The translations under genes and the position numbers were made by a program. Positions 61,441-64,000 of a DNA stretch of 64,000 bases are shown piece by piece. The notes under the pieces were generated by a model. That model was given only the letters and a program-made list of their open reading frames with translations, searched no databases and was not told the origin of the DNA. The DNA comes from Octopus sinensis (Eukaryota), in NCBI RefSeq assembly GCF_006345805.1, contig NC_042998.1:120900001-120964000 (forward strand), given 5' to 3'. Positions within the stretch are counted from its first letter, which is position 1, and each line of letters begins with the position of its first letter.

Positions 61441-61533
61441 GGTTATGGTCAAGCTGACCATTCCATCACTGCAGCAATCCTTAGCCGGAAGTATCCTGAA
61501 CACAAAGTGAAATGGTCCAACGACGGTTATTAA
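61441..61533 (+). CDS. PHPT1: 14 kDa phosphohistidine phosphatase, terminal coding exon
   Basis: gtctattttcAG | GYGQADHSITAAILSRKYPEHKVKWSNDGY* (TAA 61531-61533). In frame with the previous exon; matches the family ending YGxAxH...KYP...W.NDGY*. Confidence 0.95.
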   Translation, partial: GYGQADHSITAAILSRKYPEHKVKWSNDGY

Positions 61534-63094
61534 ATTGAAGGGTCCACTAAGTCTGACCAAGGGATCAGTAGTATATGTTCTTGTGGCTGACATAGCCTGT
61601 TGGCCTGGCAGAATACCCAACTCCCTGTACGCAGCACACATACTCACACACAAACACACATACATTCAAGCACACATACATACTGGCTCCCACCTGCCCC
61701 ACTCCTCAATCCTAGTTCAGCACCATTTCCCATAATCCTTCAGTAAATTGATTCTTTTTGTGACTTCTCCAGTGTTTCAATCCCAAGAAGTCTAGGCTAA
61801 TTTCATAGGAGACTTAGGTGATGTATGTATGTGAGGGAGAGAGTGAAAGAGAGAGAGGGAGAGAGAGTGCATGTATAATGCCAATATTTGGACCTGACTT
61901 CTCTGGGTGAATAGACAATTCAGTTGTCATGGTAATGTATTGGAGATTCTACTGTGTTTAGTTGTCACAGTAATGACAAGAAGAAAGGAGACCTCAGCTG
62001 CCATAGTAACAACTTGACAGAGACTATCCTATTCTCACACATGTAGCATTTAAATTATATCACACAATATAGACAGTTTTTTTGTTTTTTTTTTGTTTTC
62101 CAGTTCTCTTCTACCGAGAGAATTAAATATTTGAAATTTCCCTGAAATATTTGTGTTTGCTGCCTTGACATCATATTTCTGCTATTTTGTTTTTGTGTCC
62201 TGAGTATAGTATTTATTTCTGTATAAACAGTGTGAACTCAAGAAATAATCTCACTAATCCTTCCTTTCACTGTTGGTTTTAGAAGTCCCCAAACTAATAT
62301 ATTGAGCTGCTCCCCTTAACATTTATTTATTTTACACCTCCAAAACTAATGATATTTCTAACATCATTTCAAGAAGCATTTTCTCTTTTTATTGTCTGAA
62401 AGCTGTTTCTAACATTTTTATCTACCAGTTCTACCAACTTTCTCAAAAAAGCTAGCTAACATTAAAACCTGTTTATTCGCTAATATTAAGTTTGTCTCTC
62501 TGATAAAAAAAAAAGAAAAGAAAAGAAAAAAGAAAAATAAAGGTATATAAAATTGGTTGTTGGAACCATAAAACACTTTACTACATTCTCAAAGATGCTA
62601 ACTTATTACTTCTGATGTCATTTCACTAGAAACTGCTGCCTAACCAATCATACCACACATACACATGCACTCTTTCTCTCTCTAACTTGGTGTAGTATCA
62701 TCACTATGATATTACCTTGACTTCTATTACAATAAAAAGAAACAAGAAACATTTCAGACTACTGCATCAAATGAGTGAAAACTATTTTCTATGTCTGTAT
62801 AAATGTGTATTTTTAGACATCAATGTGTGCAACCACTCCTATTAAACTTTTTACTGGAAAATATAGTTTTTGATTTATTGTTTTATTTACTTTTCTTGGT
62901 TTATTTGTGTGCGTGTGCGTGTGGGGGGCGGTATTCAAAATTTTAAATGTTACACTGTTGGTGTTCCTCAGAGATTTTGGCTGAAAAACCCTTCAGATCG
63001 GTCTTGGGTTAACGATATAGTAATTTTTATTTATTTATACTTTTTCAAGTTTATAGATGGAAACTATGCAGTAAGCCTGTCATTTATATTCTTT

Positions 63095-63283
63095 TACTCT
63101 TTTACTTGTTTCAGTCATTTGACTGTGGCCATGCTGGAGCACCGCCTTTAGTTGAGCAAATTGACCCCTGGACTTATTCTTTGTAAGCCTAGTACTTATT
63201 CTATTGGTCTATTTTGCTGAACTGCTAAGTTACGGGGATGTAAACATGCCAGCATCAGTTGTCAAGCTATGTTGGAGGGACAA

Positions 63284-63315
<32 letters not shown>

Positions 63316-63487
63316 ATATATACACATATATACAACAGGCTTCTTTCAGTTTCCGTCTACCAAATCCACTCACATGGTTTTGGTCGGCCCAAGGCTATAG
63401 TAGAAGACACTTGCCTGAGGTGCCATGCAGTGGGACTGAACCCGGAACCATGTGGTTGGTAAGCAAGCTACTTACCACACAGCCACT
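63095..63487 (-). mobile_element. SINE family A, full length
   Basis: Complete head, internal (CA/TA) tract and tail, as at 14660-15058. Confidence 0.88.
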
Positions 63488-63559
63488 CATACGCCTATAT
63501 TCACATATAGACATGTATACTTTATGTTTGTAGGTGTATGTGTGTGTATGTATGTATAT

Positions 63560-63860
63560 ATCATCATCATTTAATGCTCACCTTCCATGCTGGCTTGAAT
63601 TTGATGCTTTGACAGCAGCTGGCCTGGCAGAAGACTTCACCAGACTTCTGTATCTGTTTTGGCATAGGTTTTACAACTGGATGCCCTTCCTAACATGAAC
63701 GACCCTGCAGAGTGGACTAAGTGCTTTTTATGTGGTACCAGCACAAGTGAAATTAGTTTCAGCATGGTTTCTACAGCTGGATGCCCTTCCAAATGCCAAC
63801 CAATTTACAGTGTGAACTGGATGCTTTTTATATGGCTCCAGCACTGGCAGGGTCACCAAG
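63560..63860 (-). mobile_element. Family B repeat with a duplicated core
   Basis: tggatgcccttcc(t/a)aa occurs at about 63678 and 63778; catcatcatttaatg tail. Confidence 0.7.
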
Positions 63861-64000
63861 TAGCTTGCAAGATAAAGATCCTTTGATACCTCTGTAATTA
63901 TTTGTATCTAAAGCATCACCTTTACCTTTGTAGCAGTTGACTATAGTGCTGCTACACCAGTATTTGGGTATGACTCCTTTGTGTATCACCTGGTTAACTA

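Noticed and set aside
62536-62737. AATAAA at 62536 and 62732 as the PHPT1 poly(A) signal
   Set aside because: Both lie in A-rich context, and several ATTAAA alternatives exist; I cannot choose without 3' end data.

Overview
AT-rich eukaryotic genomic DNA dense in microsatellites and decayed transposons. The repeat families (tRNA-derived SINEs, RTE 3' UTRs with (GAT)n tails, piggyBac-type MITEs) look like those of an octopus or related coleoid cephalopod; this is inferred from remembered repeat sequences, not from a search. The only host gene I can identify is on the + strand: the last two coding exons of a 14 kDa phosphohistidine phosphatase (PHPT1/Janus-Ocnus family) at 58623-58747 and 61441-61533. 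I could not find its first exon in the window. The rest is repeat-derived: RTE, CR1 and REL-endonuclease (R4/Dong-like, CRE-like) LINE fragments, two Tc1 fossils, two Penelope GIY-YIG fragments, two non-autonomous Helitron copies, two TTAA-flanked MITEs, several SINE families (A-F are my own labels), two long palindromes, and mini/microsatellites. Nearly all ORFs in the supplied track are artefacts of these repeats. The most notable structures are (1) an 80-bp-arm palindrome containing a Penelope-style minimal hammerhead-like core (41273-41502), (2) a fold-back Tc1 with an internal inversion, joined to a Penelope fragment (28433-29810), (3) a Helitron copy with about 215 bp absent from its sister copy, and (4) a CR1 LINE 3' end matching the 3' tail of the commonest full-length SINE. 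Repeat boundaries were read by eye and are approximate unless TSDs or splice sites are quoted.
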